Shown in pieces: positions 9,701 to 18,715 of a DNA stretch of 64,000 bases (the first letter of the stretch is position 1; every line of letters begins with the position of its first letter). The translations under genes were made by a program, and so were the position numbers. The notes beneath the pieces were generated by a model. The model worked only from the letters and a program-made list of their open reading frames with translations, did no database searches and had not been told where the DNA came from. This DNA comes from an uncultured virus (IMG/VR IMGVR_UViG_3300030060_003999). Taxonomy: Duplodnaviria > Heunggongvirae > Uroviricota > Caudoviricetes. The DNA lies in the IMG/VR virus record IMGVR_UViG_3300030060_003999, positions 1 to 64,000 of that record; one strand, written 5' to 3'.

Positions 9701-12700
9701 TTTTATTTACAGAAGAATTAACGGTTCTCGGACTATTTATAGAAAGAAGCCCATAACTCTCAAGACTTATTGATGAAGAAGATAATAGACTATCCTTTCT
9801 ATCTGAGGTATAAAGTCTTTTATCGGTAGTTCCATATAAGAATAATCTTGGTGCTTTTGCATCAGGGTGATATAATTTATCTTTATGCATAATAGCATTA
9901 TCAATTGGATTACTTACGCTTGGTGTTGATAGAACTCCAAAATACCCAGAAGAAGGAATATAAGGAAATAATCTATTCCAAGAAACATTACTTGATATAA
10001 ATTTTCTATCAATATAATTTGAACCTGTTATCGGTTCAAATCCTCTTTGTTCTAATGGAGTGTGGATATTTCCAACTGTTCCTGTTTTAGATGTAAGACT
10101 TAATCCACCCGAAACAAACGGACTTCCTTTGTAAGTTTGTGCTAAATACTTAAAAATACTTCCTTCATAATAAGGCTGTATTCTTCCTTTACCTTCACTA
10201 CTTTCTAAAACTAAATAATCTTTTTTAAATCCAATTTCTCCTTTTTCTAAATTAAATACTTTATGAATAGAAGCACCAAACTTCTGCGAATAACTATCTT
10301 CTCCTGTCGGAACACTAGCAGAATAAAAAGAAGAATCTATTTCATAATTTACTGGTAATCTATTTGGCCCAATTAAATTAATCATTTGATTAGAATGAAG
10401 ATGCGCTCCATTAGTTAAATGTAAAAATCTATTCTTTTTACCATTAGAAGTTTGCAGCATTCTTGTTTGTGCTTGACCCGCAGGAATATTTCTATCAATA
10501 AAAACTTCTGAATTATATGCAATATAACTTCCGCCATTAGTATCAAGGCGAGAACTATACCCTAAAAATCTTCCAACGAACACTCCATCAATATAAAGAG
10601 GGTCGCCAATTTTTAAATTAAATAAACGAGTTCTTTTGGTTTGATTTATGTCGCTAGTTAATAAAGTAACTTGATTAACTGCTCCAGATTCATTAATAAG
10701 TCCTAAATCTGTAAAACCAGAATCGCTAGTATCAACTTCATTTAATTCTTCTCTTCCTAAAGTTAAAGGAATATATGGTGCTAACTTAACTATTTTTATA
10801 TCATTATTATCTTTAACCGTTAAAACTTCAAAATCCATCAAAGCATTAACAGTATCAGAACTAAAACCATTTATGTCTAATAAGAAAGGTAAATCTTCAT
10901 CAACTGACTCAACTACATCTATGTTATATCCTACGCCTAAAGGATTTGTGTCATTAGAAGTTCCCACTAAAGGAGAACCTTCGGTTAAAGTCAAAGTATT
11001 GCCAGTAAATGAATTACCTGCTGTGAAATGAAATCCTTTATCACTAGTTCCTGATAAACTAGAAACTGAAGTTATTTCTTTGTTTGCTCCACCTGCTTTA
11101 GATAAAGGATAGTATTTAGTGCTTTCATAATAAATTACAGCAGTTGTTCCTTTAGTCAATGGTTTTTCCAATAATGTTCCAGTAGTAGAATTAGCAACTC
11201 CACTATTATTTAATTGTCCTATATACCCATCATTTCCCCAAAGATGAGCATTTGCGGAAAGAGTCACATTAGCACCAAAAGTAATAGTTTCACTATCAAA
11301 ATTCCAAGAAGCAGTTTGTCCTACATTTGTTAATTTATTATGAGGGCTTTCACTAGTCTGTATAATATCTGAAGCAAACTTTGTATTTTTATCTAAAGAA
11401 ATATCCACTAATTTAGATAAAGTGTTTCTTCCTTCTATTGTAAATACACTCATTGAATTATTTATCTTCTTTTCAATTTGTTCAACTTCACCAAAGAAAA
11501 CTTCATGGTTTAATGCAAAAGTTCCTTGTAAATATTCTATTCCATCTATTGAGGTATTAGTAGTAAAAGATAAACTTAAAGAAAAGTCATCGTCAGTTAA
11601 ATCCGTTGGCATAGATGAAATAGGAGAATAATAATTTTTATATTCATTTGAAATCATAATAGCATTCATTTTATTTACTTTATGTGAAGAGAATAAAGTA
11701 TCAGTTAATATTGATTTATCTGTATGGTTTAATCTTCTTCTATAAACCTTTTTATCTAATGCTGTTGCTAAAGTATTTGGATGGACAGAAGTATCAAATA
11801 AAGAGCCTGTTAATGCTCTACTTCTATCATATATAGCAAATGCTCCCGCACCACTCCCTTGACAAATCCAAATTCTATTATTAATTTTAACTTCTATTCC
11901 TGCACCAAACATTAAATATGGATTAGGATATTTTGTATCTGTAAGAGTATAAATATGATTTCCAAAAACAGTATTATAAGCATTTAGTTCAGCAACTTCA
12001 ACCCATTCATTTAAGTCTTCTTCCGATAGTTTTTGAGTAACTTTTAATCTATCTGTGTCAAATACTTTACTAGATAATGACTTAGATGAATCAATTAATT
12101 CTATGCTAGAAAATCCTGATTTAACATCAAAAGTATCTTTAATATGACATTCATAAACTAAAGGCATATGATTATTAACTTCAGGAGAATCGTTATAATA
12201 TACATATCTTTTATTACCGCTTAAAACTAACGAAGCCGAATTATCATCAGTATCTCTTCTTGCATTAATAAAACAACTGCTATAATTTGTTAATGTAGTA
12301 TAGGTAGAACCTAAAAGAGTGCTTTCATTACTTGTTGCAGTATCAGGGTCATCCTTTAGTTTTAATCTATCCACTAATTTAACTTTCATAGCGAACTTAC
12401 TATAATCAATAATCTTATTCCTATAATCAGAAATAGTTACAAAAGTAGTTTTATCGGCATTATTTAAAGTAACTTGTGCTCCCGAACTTGCCGTTTGGCT
12501 TCTAATAAAATACTTTTCATTATGGTTTAATTCTCCTTTTTTATCTAATTTATCTTCAAAAAAGTAAAACATAGGACGAGCGACAACTATTTTTCTATCT
12601 TCTATTCTAAGCCCACAGGCTATGGCAACTATATTCCCAACAGGATTAGTTTCTTTGAATACCATAAACTTAGTATTTTTCGCTATTTCATTACCCAATC

Positions 12701-13103
12701 TTGGGCTAAATTTAAACATATCTCCTGAAATATCAGCACTCAATTTTTCAGTAATTTTAGCAAAATGATATTTATTTTCATCATCTGAATGAATTAAAAC
12801 ATAGTAATTATGATTGGCTAAATCTATTGTGCTTAGATTGATACCCGTTGAACTTTGATTATCAAAACATCTTATAGTAAAACCGTCAGTATTATGTAAA
12901 TTAGAGTATTCTGTTAATAGCCCTGCTCCCAAAATAGGCTCATCTATTACAGGGTCACTACCATATCCGTCTTGATGAATAGCAATAAATCTTCTATCCA
13001 CAGTTGCGCCACTAAAGGTCAATAAAGGATTAGTAGGAGTATCATAATTAGCATCAGCAGGGCTATTATAAGAAGTAACTAAACCACCAACTGTAAGTGT
13101 CAT
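6741..13103 (-). CDS. very large tail-tip / hub protein (2120 aa)
   Basis: Size and position after the tape measure and LamG genes; hub-like C-terminus (ITVGDIVEL...YLVLEMTHS). Confidence 0.6.
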   Translation of the reverse strand: MTLTVGGLVTSYNSPADANYDTPTNPLLTFSGATVDRRFIAIHQDGYGSDPVIDEPILGAGLLTEYSNLHNTDGFTIRCFDNQSSTGINLSTIDLANHNYYVLIHSDDENKYHFAKITEKLSADISGDMFKFSPRLGNEIAKNTKFMVFKETNPVGNIVAIACGLRIEDRKIVVARPMFYFFEDKLDKKGELNHNEKYFIRSQTASSGAQVTLNNADKTTFVTISDYRNKIIDYSKFAMKVKLVDRLKLKDDPDTATSNESTLLGSTYTTLTNYSSCFINARRDTDDNSASLVLSGNKRYVYYNDSPEVNNHMPLVYECHIKDTFDVKSGFSSIELIDSSKSLSSKVFDTDRLKVTQKLSEEDLNEWVEVAELNAYNTVFGNHIYTLTDTKYPNPYLMFGAGIEVKINNRIWICQGSGAGAFAIYDRSRALTGSLFDTSVHPNTLATALDKKVYRRRLNHTDKSILTDTLFSSHKVNKMNAIMISNEYKNYYSPISSMPTDLTDDDFSLSLSFTTNTSIDGIEYLQGTFALNHEVFFGEVEQIEKKINNSMSVFTIEGRNTLSKLVDISLDKNTKFASDIIQTSESPHNKLTNVGQTASWNFDSETITFGANVTLSANAHLWGNDGYIGQLNNSGVANSTTGTLLEKPLTKGTTAVIYYESTKYYPLSKAGGANKEITSVSSLSGTSDKGFHFTAGNSFTGNTLTLTEGSPLVGTSNDTNPLGVGYNIDVVESVDEDLPFLLDINGFSSDTVNALMDFEVLTVKDNNDIKIVKLAPYIPLTLGREELNEVDTSDSGFTDLGLINESGAVNQVTLLTSDINQTKRTRLFNLKIGDPLYIDGVFVGRFLGYSSRLDTNGGSYIAYNSEVFIDRNIPAGQAQTRMLQTSNGKKNRFLHLTNGAHLHSNQMINLIGPNRLPVNYEIDSSFYSASVPTGEDSYSQKFGASIHKVFNLEKGEIGFKKDYLVLESSEGKGRIQPYYEGSIFKYLAQTYKGSPFVSGGLSLTSKTGTVGNIHTPLEQRGFEPITGSNYIDRKFISSNVSWNRLFPYIPSSGYFGVLSTPSVSNPIDNAIMHKDKLYHPDAKAPRLFLYGTTDKRLYTSDRKDSLLSSSSISLESYGLLSINSPRTVNSSVNKTNVVGETSRVSNLDQDYAQSSIISSSKDLSSLKRFGLMRLTDVVMDFAFNIINAEFDVSSSKVVESFPMLATETTVVKGGGSNRTIITHDFNQDIIFNASIDNVDQFDVLFDKTTGYVIGTVASVTTTTVSNDTIVISGVAAGNATRHDGYVPAGQEVGLIKKYWLNPTPTRFLGDIVKVVGRGEQETILFPVNTALANNSKGNDIHMLKGVFAGEDSPSDWIAHYRHEADGNNNSAANTTTRRALRKGTNHGIMSVILPIGFQGLSFLHPTDIGFGTRPDGFIQYNTSIGAGSTAFDEFDTFDVTKRTTNLEQSEFISFLNGLDLGEGSNTSNNHLRDLLKAVNLKPMSSEGNDNSKQGQTSPFLNKATLGAVFKSFNSTDSNGNMLVYPAYTTTEEYGISNTDVAGVYLGFKPHLKLSSVSNDSVKGIKGTTLYKNSFTTTESTRIIKNLDLTGCYLVPAEEGTFYDGEGTTNSSSVASNHQLTPEDNKIIYVVSHEYDISNTGTDDKCVLLTDEGLEVNKMYKIMQPNPICFWDKSPKKIRLNTLSSEYTKSMDKDEMLSPPSAWEQKPTTVGTRENKSNSEGVQSMYVIVDMDNLSGENNTIVKTKAGLNNVLTGIKGEFNISDGNNNIVVSMKSEIIDDDIGKYLEISSMRKIDGVASVSETFELTVNGDITNDANRALIGTTIDISKEVENTIEELLIENDIDFVLTKENYSIFTSPNFQGTSLFNIVKYLLSLKNKKMVDVSGTIQIVSEDDSAYISKYYFTDDDIVEIEVEKSKFGYANDITLYGNKHKAVRKSPREIKKRGKKSLNIFDEKLTTQESVDDEASRLLAIHSSINNVVSFDVESSKVKTITVGDIVELESKAAGLERFRYLVLEMTHSFAGKINFKVGRYIEGLEDTLTKLITDSKDTKSYLRNQEFNVNDSAFDFFDEVNIKEMHLLIRKRHQSGSSLGFTTTLNTNTNPLGFSGGVITITKLIEEDL

Positions 13104-14257
13104 AAATCCACCTCTTCAAATCTTAAATAAAGTAAAGTTTCATCTATTTCAGGAAACAAAGAATTAGTAAAAGTTATTTCTTGTTTTGCTCCTCTTTCAA
13201 TAGATAACTCATGTATTTCACCCATAAACTGTTTATTTGCAGAAGCCCCGCTATCTGTTTCAGAAATCTGTCCTAATAAACAATTAGTTCGTGCAAAACT
13301 AAAAGATGACTTTTTAGTATGTTCTCCACTAAATACTAATTGTCTGTTATAAAACATAAGAATTGTATTTTTAGTTCCATTGAATGAAACTGCAATATGA
13401 TGCATATTATCAACATAAGTTGGTTCTTTAAGTGTTTCTACATATATTTCAGTTCCATTAGGAATAGTCGCTCCATAAGCACTATTTAAAACAACAGAAG
13501 AACCACCAACAGTATCTACTGTTCCTATTGAAGTATAAGTAAAACCATCTCTAATATATAGTCTTTGACTTGAATAATAAGTATCTGCATGAGTCCTAGT
13601 TGAATGAGTATCTAAATTAAGAGTAGTTCCACTAGTATAACCACTAGTTAATGAACCTACACTATCATAAATTATTCTATCATTAGCGTCAAAGCCCGAA
13701 TAGTTGTAATTAGTATGGGCATCTCCATATTTCCACACCCTGCTGGAACTAGGGCTAATTACTACATCACTCAAGAATGTTTCTTGAGTAGAGCCAATTG
13801 TTAAATAAACTTTAATTTTATATTCAGCAGGTTGATTGTTGTTATTTGTTGTTGCATTAACTAAAGTTATTCTAAAGTTATCATTATGGAATAAACACAT
13901 TTCATGCCCGTATCTATTTGCGACTGGCAGGTATTCCTCGCTCAATTTACCTGCTCCCCCTTGTGGCATGATTCTCTCTCCTGTTTGTAGCGCAGAACGG
14001 CCTCTCAGCCCTGCATTTCCCATGCCATTTATGTCATAGGGTGTGATGATTGCTTCAAAGGTAAAAGAGCCTTCAAGCCCCCATAAGCCATAAGGAATAT
14101 CATCAGTTGTGTCGCTTGGAGTCGCATTTATGTCAGGGATATTCTCACTATAACTAATTAAAAGATGAGAATTACACATTATTGGAAAAACAATACTTTT
14201 TTGTTTACCAATAAAAATATCATACATAATATCACCTTCATGGGAAAATACGAGCAA
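13100..14257 (-). CDS. LamG/concanavalin-like minor tail protein
   Basis: SFTFEAIITP, HHIAVSFNG, QFMGEIHELSI and LLYLRFEE motifs. The likely start is the internal Met after the GGTGA RBS (~14227). Confidence 0.7.
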   Translation of the reverse strand: MLVFSHEGDIMYDIFIGKQKSIVFPIMCNSHLLISYSENIPDINATPSDTTDDIPYGLWGLEGSFTFEAIITPYDINGMGNAGLRGRSALQTGERIMPQGGAGKLSEEYLPVANRYGHEMCLFHNDNFRITLVNATTNNNNQPAEYKIKVYLTIGSTQETFLSDVVISPSSSRVWKYGDAHTNYNYSGFDANDRIIYDSVGSLTSGYTSGTTLNLDTHSTRTHADTYYSSQRLYIRDGFTYTSIGTVDTVGGSSVVLNSAYGATIPNGTEIYVETLKEPTYVDNMHHIAVSFNGTKNTILMFYNRQLVFSGEHTKKSSFSFARTNCLLGQISETDSGASANKQFMGEIHELSIERGAKQEITFTNSLFPEIDETLLYLRFEEVDL

Positions 14258-14897
14258 CTGTAAAACTCATATCAAAAGTTACATCTTCGGGAGATTCAGC
14301 ATCAATATTAAAACTAAATTGTGAAATAAAACCACTTAATCCTGTTGAAGTTTGTGAAGTAGGAAAATTGCTCGGTAATGCAACTCTTGAGTTATCTAGT
14401 TGTAGAGCATTTCCCCTAGAAGCAAAAGTAAAAGGAATTCTTTCAGGACTACCTCTTTCAATATAGTTTTCATTTATATTAGATTCATATAAAATAACTA
14501 GTTCATTAAAGTTTTGATATTTGGCTAAACCTGATGAATCTACTCCAGAAGCAATTAATTGAGCCATTTCTATTGCAGTCATATTAACTGAAGTCGCTAC
14601 TTGATTTTCAGGAGTTGTTCCTGTTGTAGTGTGGCTTCTTCTTATTGTTCCGCTTGTAATAACACCATTAATAGTAATTTCTTTACTTGCCATTCCTAAA
14701 TCAATAGCGACTGTTTCTGATTCTCCCCTAGCAATACTTGATAATGGGATAGGTATAGCGGGAACTGTTCTACTAACGCTAATTCCAATTGTCGCTACTT
14801 TTAATGGTATAGTATCTACTTGATTACCATTAACTGCATCAAACGCATTAGTTTTCAAGTAAACATAATGGTCAGGGTTATTTACATCTATCGGCAT
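14238..14897 (-). CDS. probable distal tail protein
   Basis: Immediately downstream of the tape measure gene; beta-rich. Confidence 0.5.
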   Translation of the reverse strand: MPIDVNNPDHYVYLKTNAFDAVNGNQVDTIPLKVATIGISVSRTVPAIPIPLSSIARGESETVAIDLGMASKEITINGVITSGTIRRSHTTTGTTPENQVATSVNMTAIEMAQLIASGVDSSGLAKYQNFNELVILYESNINENYIERGSPERIPFTFASRGNALQLDNSRVALPSNFPTSQTSTGLSGFISQFSFNIDAESPEDVTFDMSFTVARIFP

Positions 14898-14902
14898 TTA
14901 TA

Positions 14903-17900
14903 TCAAAACCTACTATTTCTTAAAATTTGAGTATTTAGCATTTTACCTATTTCATTGGCAACTTTTCTCATTTCTGCCTTAGAGGTATCTTTTGCATTGA
15001 CTACAATGTTGTAGTTATGAGTATGATTATTATTAACAGTATTATTTGTTTGTCCACCGACCATCTTTTTAGACTGGCTATTAGAGAAAACAGTAGAACC
15101 TTTCGGTAATTGAACTAATTCTGGGCCTTCTTCTCCAACTAAATTCATTCTTCCATCCGTTATACCACCCTTTGCTTTACCGCCACCAAACCATTTAGAA
15201 GGATTTAATTTATCAGCAAGCCACTTAAACATTTTAATAACTGGTTTTGTTGCTTTCCAAAGAACAACTCCAATTACAACTGCTAACCAAACTGGCGCAC
15301 CCATGATTAAGGCAACAATTACTCCTATAACAGCAATAACTACACCTATTCTTTTCAAGAACTTTTTACCATCTGTAAGCATTCCATAAATATAATTAAC
15401 TGTTTTATCCCATAATACTTTAGTTAATTCCCAAACTAGCATTAATGCTATACTTAATCCAGTTAAAGCAAGACCTACGGCCATTATCAGTAGTCCTAGA
15501 CCCATTTCAATTAATCCGTCTATTGCTTCACTTATTGAACCATCACCAAAGAAAGCACCAAATACTTTCATAAATCCTTCAAAGAAGATTGATGCTCCTG
15601 CCATAACTATTTCAAATAGAGGAGCAACAGTATCAATTATATTAGACCAAACATCTTTAATTGCAGGCAATATCTTTTTGATAATAATTAAAGCACCTAT
15701 AATTGCAAGAGATACAAATAAGAAATATTTACCAGCAGCCCTTAATATATTCATTATTGCTCCAGGAAATGCTTTAAGACCCTTAAATATCTTAAACACA
15801 AATCCTAATGCTGGGAATTTTTCAAGTAGTTTTTTAGTGGCTTCTTCCTTTAGTTCTTGTAATACGGTTAATTGCTCTTGAGAACCTTCTAATTCTACTT
15901 GTCCTTCATCAATTTCGGAAACTGCTGCTTCTTGATTTTTAATTGCTTGATTTTTATCTTTTGTGGCAGCATCTATCTTATCATCTTCTTTTTGCAGTTC
16001 AGCATCCATTTCATTAGATAATCTTATTTGTTCAGGAATACTTTCCGCAGCAGCGATTCTTGCTTCATAATCTTTAATAATCTTATCTTTGGCTTTTTCA
16101 GATTGTTTGATTTGTTTATTACTAGCATTAATTATTTTTTCTGCACCAGCGAGTCTTTCTTTAGCAACTTTGATGGTTTGCTTCTGTAATTTAATTTCAT
16201 CTTTAAGGTTTTTAATACCTTTAGATTTTATAGACTGTATGTTTAATCCTTCTTGTAATGTTTCACGCACTTCTAGTGCCTTATTCATTTCTTCTTCTGC
16301 CTTAATCATTGTTTGGAATGCTTCTTCTATTGCAGTATCGTCAATACCAAATAAACCTGAATTTCGCATTTCTATCATTGAATCTAAAATTTGTTTAGAA
16401 TCTTCATATGCATTGGAAACTTCTGCTACTTTATCTTTATTTTTTTCTATTGCATCATTAATTTTTTGTATTTCTTCTGCATTATTAAATCCTTTTTTGA
16501 AGGCTTCTCTATTTTCTTCATAAGCCCCTTTTAAATCTACTAATCTTTTTCTATACCCTTGTAAGCCTTTAGTTCTGATTGAGTCTATTTTTTGTTCACT
16601 ATCAATAATCAATTGTGCATTTTCTTCCACCATAGCAGTCTGTGTATCAGCAAAACTAATTGCTGCTTCTAATTTGTTAGAATAGTCTGTTTTAGCATCA
16701 ATTAATTCTCTTTGTATTGCTTCTTCTTTATCCAATAGTTCGTTTAATTCTATTTGTGCTTTGTTTCTTTTAGACCAAGCACCAACATTACCACCATCTA
16801 TTGATTTTTGAATTTTTCTAAGTTTCTTATCGGCTGCTATAATTTCATCGCCCAAATTAGTAAAGGAGGTTTGTAAAGCAACAACATTATCGTCTTTAAT
16901 TCCTTGCGCTGCTCCTAAATCTTTTTGTTTTTTCTTAACATCAACTGTTGATACCTTACTAATATCAAATTTCTTTGCTAATTTAACAGCATCTTTTAAT
17001 TGCTTAATTTGTTGTTTTTTAGCAGGAGTTAAATTGAGCAAAAAATTCTTCGCAAATAACTTCTTTGCTTTTTTAAATGGAGATTTTAATTGTTTAAATT
17101 CATGGCTTGCTCTTTTCTTGAATTGTCCCTTAGTAAAAAATATGTTAGAAAAAGAATTTTTCTTTAGAATTTTTCTTGCCTCTTTCATGTCTACTTCTAT
17201 TCTACTAACCAAAGGCTTTTTCATAAAATTAGCAATTTTCTTAAATCCTTTAAGAGAAGAAGTAATGAAGTTTGGCTCAGATTCACTTCTTAATTCATCA
17301 AGCATTTCGTTTAATTTATCAAACTGTTCTGTTCCTTTTTCAACTTCACCCGACGCAATTATTCCTTCTAATTTTTCTATTTCCTCTCTTACGCCTTTTC
17401 CGCCATCTTTGATTTTTCTAAATGTTCCTCCTAAAAATTGGAAAGAAGATGAGAATTTATTTAGTAATCTAAATGCTCCAGGCGGTAAAAACCCATACAT
17501 AACTTTACGGGCTTTTGCTGCTTCTAAACCAAATACAGTTAATTCTTCTCTTGATGAGGATAAAAATTCTGCAAAATATTCAAGAGTATTTCCACCCTGT
17601 TTTAAGTAAACATTTAATCCTTTAAGAAAAGGAACTGCTTTACCCTCTTTAGTAAATTTAGCAATAGTTGAATTAAGAATAGCGGTTCTTTTATTGAACC
17701 CTCCCATTACTTCTCCTACTTTTGTTATTTGCTGTCCATATTCATTTACTCTTACGCCAGCCTTATCAAATAATTTTTCACCATCTCTTGTAGCAATACC
17801 TAATCTTTTTTGTAATTTAGTTATATCTTCGGTTGCCTTATTAGCCGATTTAATGTTAGATTCATAACTACTTAAACTGTTAATTAGTTTTTCAATGTTT

Positions 17901-17956
17901 CCACCTAAACCTAATATTGAAGTATTAAGTGTAGCAATTTCTGACATATGAATCAC
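14903..17956 (-). CDS. tail tape measure protein
   Basis: Long coiled-coil, hydrophobic segments, C-terminal AKGG...LVGEEGPELV motif; follows the tail chaperones. Confidence 0.85.
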   Translation of the reverse strand: MIHMSEIATLNTSILGLGGNIEKLINSLSSYESNIKSANKATEDITKLQKRLGIATRDGEKLFDKAGVRVNEYGQQITKVGEVMGGFNKRTAILNSTIAKFTKEGKAVPFLKGLNVYLKQGGNTLEYFAEFLSSSREELTVFGLEAAKARKVMYGFLPPGAFRLLNKFSSSFQFLGGTFRKIKDGGKGVREEIEKLEGIIASGEVEKGTEQFDKLNEMLDELRSESEPNFITSSLKGFKKIANFMKKPLVSRIEVDMKEARKILKKNSFSNIFFTKGQFKKRASHEFKQLKSPFKKAKKLFAKNFLLNLTPAKKQQIKQLKDAVKLAKKFDISKVSTVDVKKKQKDLGAAQGIKDDNVVALQTSFTNLGDEIIAADKKLRKIQKSIDGGNVGAWSKRNKAQIELNELLDKEEAIQRELIDAKTDYSNKLEAAISFADTQTAMVEENAQLIIDSEQKIDSIRTKGLQGYRKRLVDLKGAYEENREAFKKGFNNAEEIQKINDAIEKNKDKVAEVSNAYEDSKQILDSMIEMRNSGLFGIDDTAIEEAFQTMIKAEEEMNKALEVRETLQEGLNIQSIKSKGIKNLKDEIKLQKQTIKVAKERLAGAEKIINASNKQIKQSEKAKDKIIKDYEARIAAAESIPEQIRLSNEMDAELQKEDDKIDAATKDKNQAIKNQEAAVSEIDEGQVELEGSQEQLTVLQELKEEATKKLLEKFPALGFVFKIFKGLKAFPGAIMNILRAAGKYFLFVSLAIIGALIIIKKILPAIKDVWSNIIDTVAPLFEIVMAGASIFFEGFMKVFGAFFGDGSISEAIDGLIEMGLGLLIMAVGLALTGLSIALMLVWELTKVLWDKTVNYIYGMLTDGKKFLKRIGVVIAVIGVIVALIMGAPVWLAVVIGVVLWKATKPVIKMFKWLADKLNPSKWFGGGKAKGGITDGRMNLVGEEGPELVQLPKGSTVFSNSQSKKMVGGQTNNTVNNNHTHNYNIVVNAKDTSKAEMRKVANEIGKMLNTQILRNSRF

Positions 17957-18159
17957 TTTTGTTTTTTCATTTGCTTATCCATTTCTTCTGCTTCTAATTG
18001 TAAAAAGGCCGTATGAACACATAATAAATCTTGGACTAAACTTGCTGGCATTTTGTATATTTCAAGTGGACTTATTGCTAATGCTTTCGCTAATGTATAT
18101 ACAACGATTAACGAAGCGTCTTTGGGTTCGGCTTTACCTCCCCTCAATACACGCTTCAT
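17953..18159 (-). CDS. tail assembly chaperone, frameshift extension (lambda gpT-like)
   Basis: Lies between the chaperone and the tape measure gene, in the -1 frame reached by the slippery site A AAA AAC at 18165-18171. Confidence 0.7.
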   Translation of the reverse strand: MKRVLRGGKAEPKDASLIVVYTLAKALAISPLEIYKMPASLVQDLLCVHTAFLQLEAEEMDKQMKKQK

Positions 18160-18536
18160 TCTTCGTTTTTTTCTTCATCCCCCGACGCTGAATCAAGAGG
18201 ATTCGGGAGGATTTCTTTTAATTGATTACCCACATAAGGAGTTAATCGGAGAATATCAACAACACTAAGATGAGGCTCAGTTTTAGCGACAAAATTTTCA
18301 ACCATGTATCTAAACATAGAATTTAAATCAATATCCATGCTTTGTGTTTTGGCATCAATCTTCATAAGACTATTCATAGCCTTATCAACCTCAAGCCATG
18401 TAGGTTCTTTAACCCAGACTTTTAGGTATTCATCACTTTCGGGTGCTACTTTAACATAATGTAGCGTCGGCTCAGTAAGCGCAAATAATACGCTTTTATC
18501 TTTAATAACTTTTTTATCGTTTAACATATTCTCCAC
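18156..18536 (-). CDS. tail assembly chaperone (lambda gpG-like)
   Basis: Lies between the tail tube and tape measure genes and ends in an in-frame slippery heptamer. Confidence 0.7.
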   Translation of the reverse strand: MENMLNDKKVIKDKSVLFALTEPTLHYVKVAPESDEYLKVWVKEPTWLEVDKAMNSLMKIDAKTQSMDIDLNSMFRYMVENFVAKTEPHLSVVDILRLTPYVGNQLKEILPNPLDSASGDEEKNEE

Positions 18537-18575
18537 CTTCTAACCAACAAACAAACAAACGGTGTTGGTGGAATA

Positions 18576-18710
18576 TTACTCAGTAGTTTCTTCTTCTTTA
18601 GGAACTTCCTCTTGTGCTTTTGATTTCTTTGCGGGCTTTTTCTGCTTTGCTTCCGCTTCTTCTTTTAATCTAAGAACATAGGCTCTCTTTTCATTTTTTG
18701 TATAACTCAT
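18576..18710 (-). CDS. small charged protein (44 aa, not in ORF track)
   Basis: MSYTKNEKRAYVLRLKEEAEAKQKKPAKK...; GGTGA RBS upstream. Confidence 0.6.
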   Translation of the reverse strand: MSYTKNEKRAYVLRLKEEAEAKQKKPAKKSKAQEEVPKEEETTE

Positions 18711-18715
18711 CTTAA

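Noticed and set aside
3557..13103. Diversity-generating retroelement targeting tail fibres
   Set aside because: No reverse transcriptase and no template/variable repeat pair was noticed in this window.
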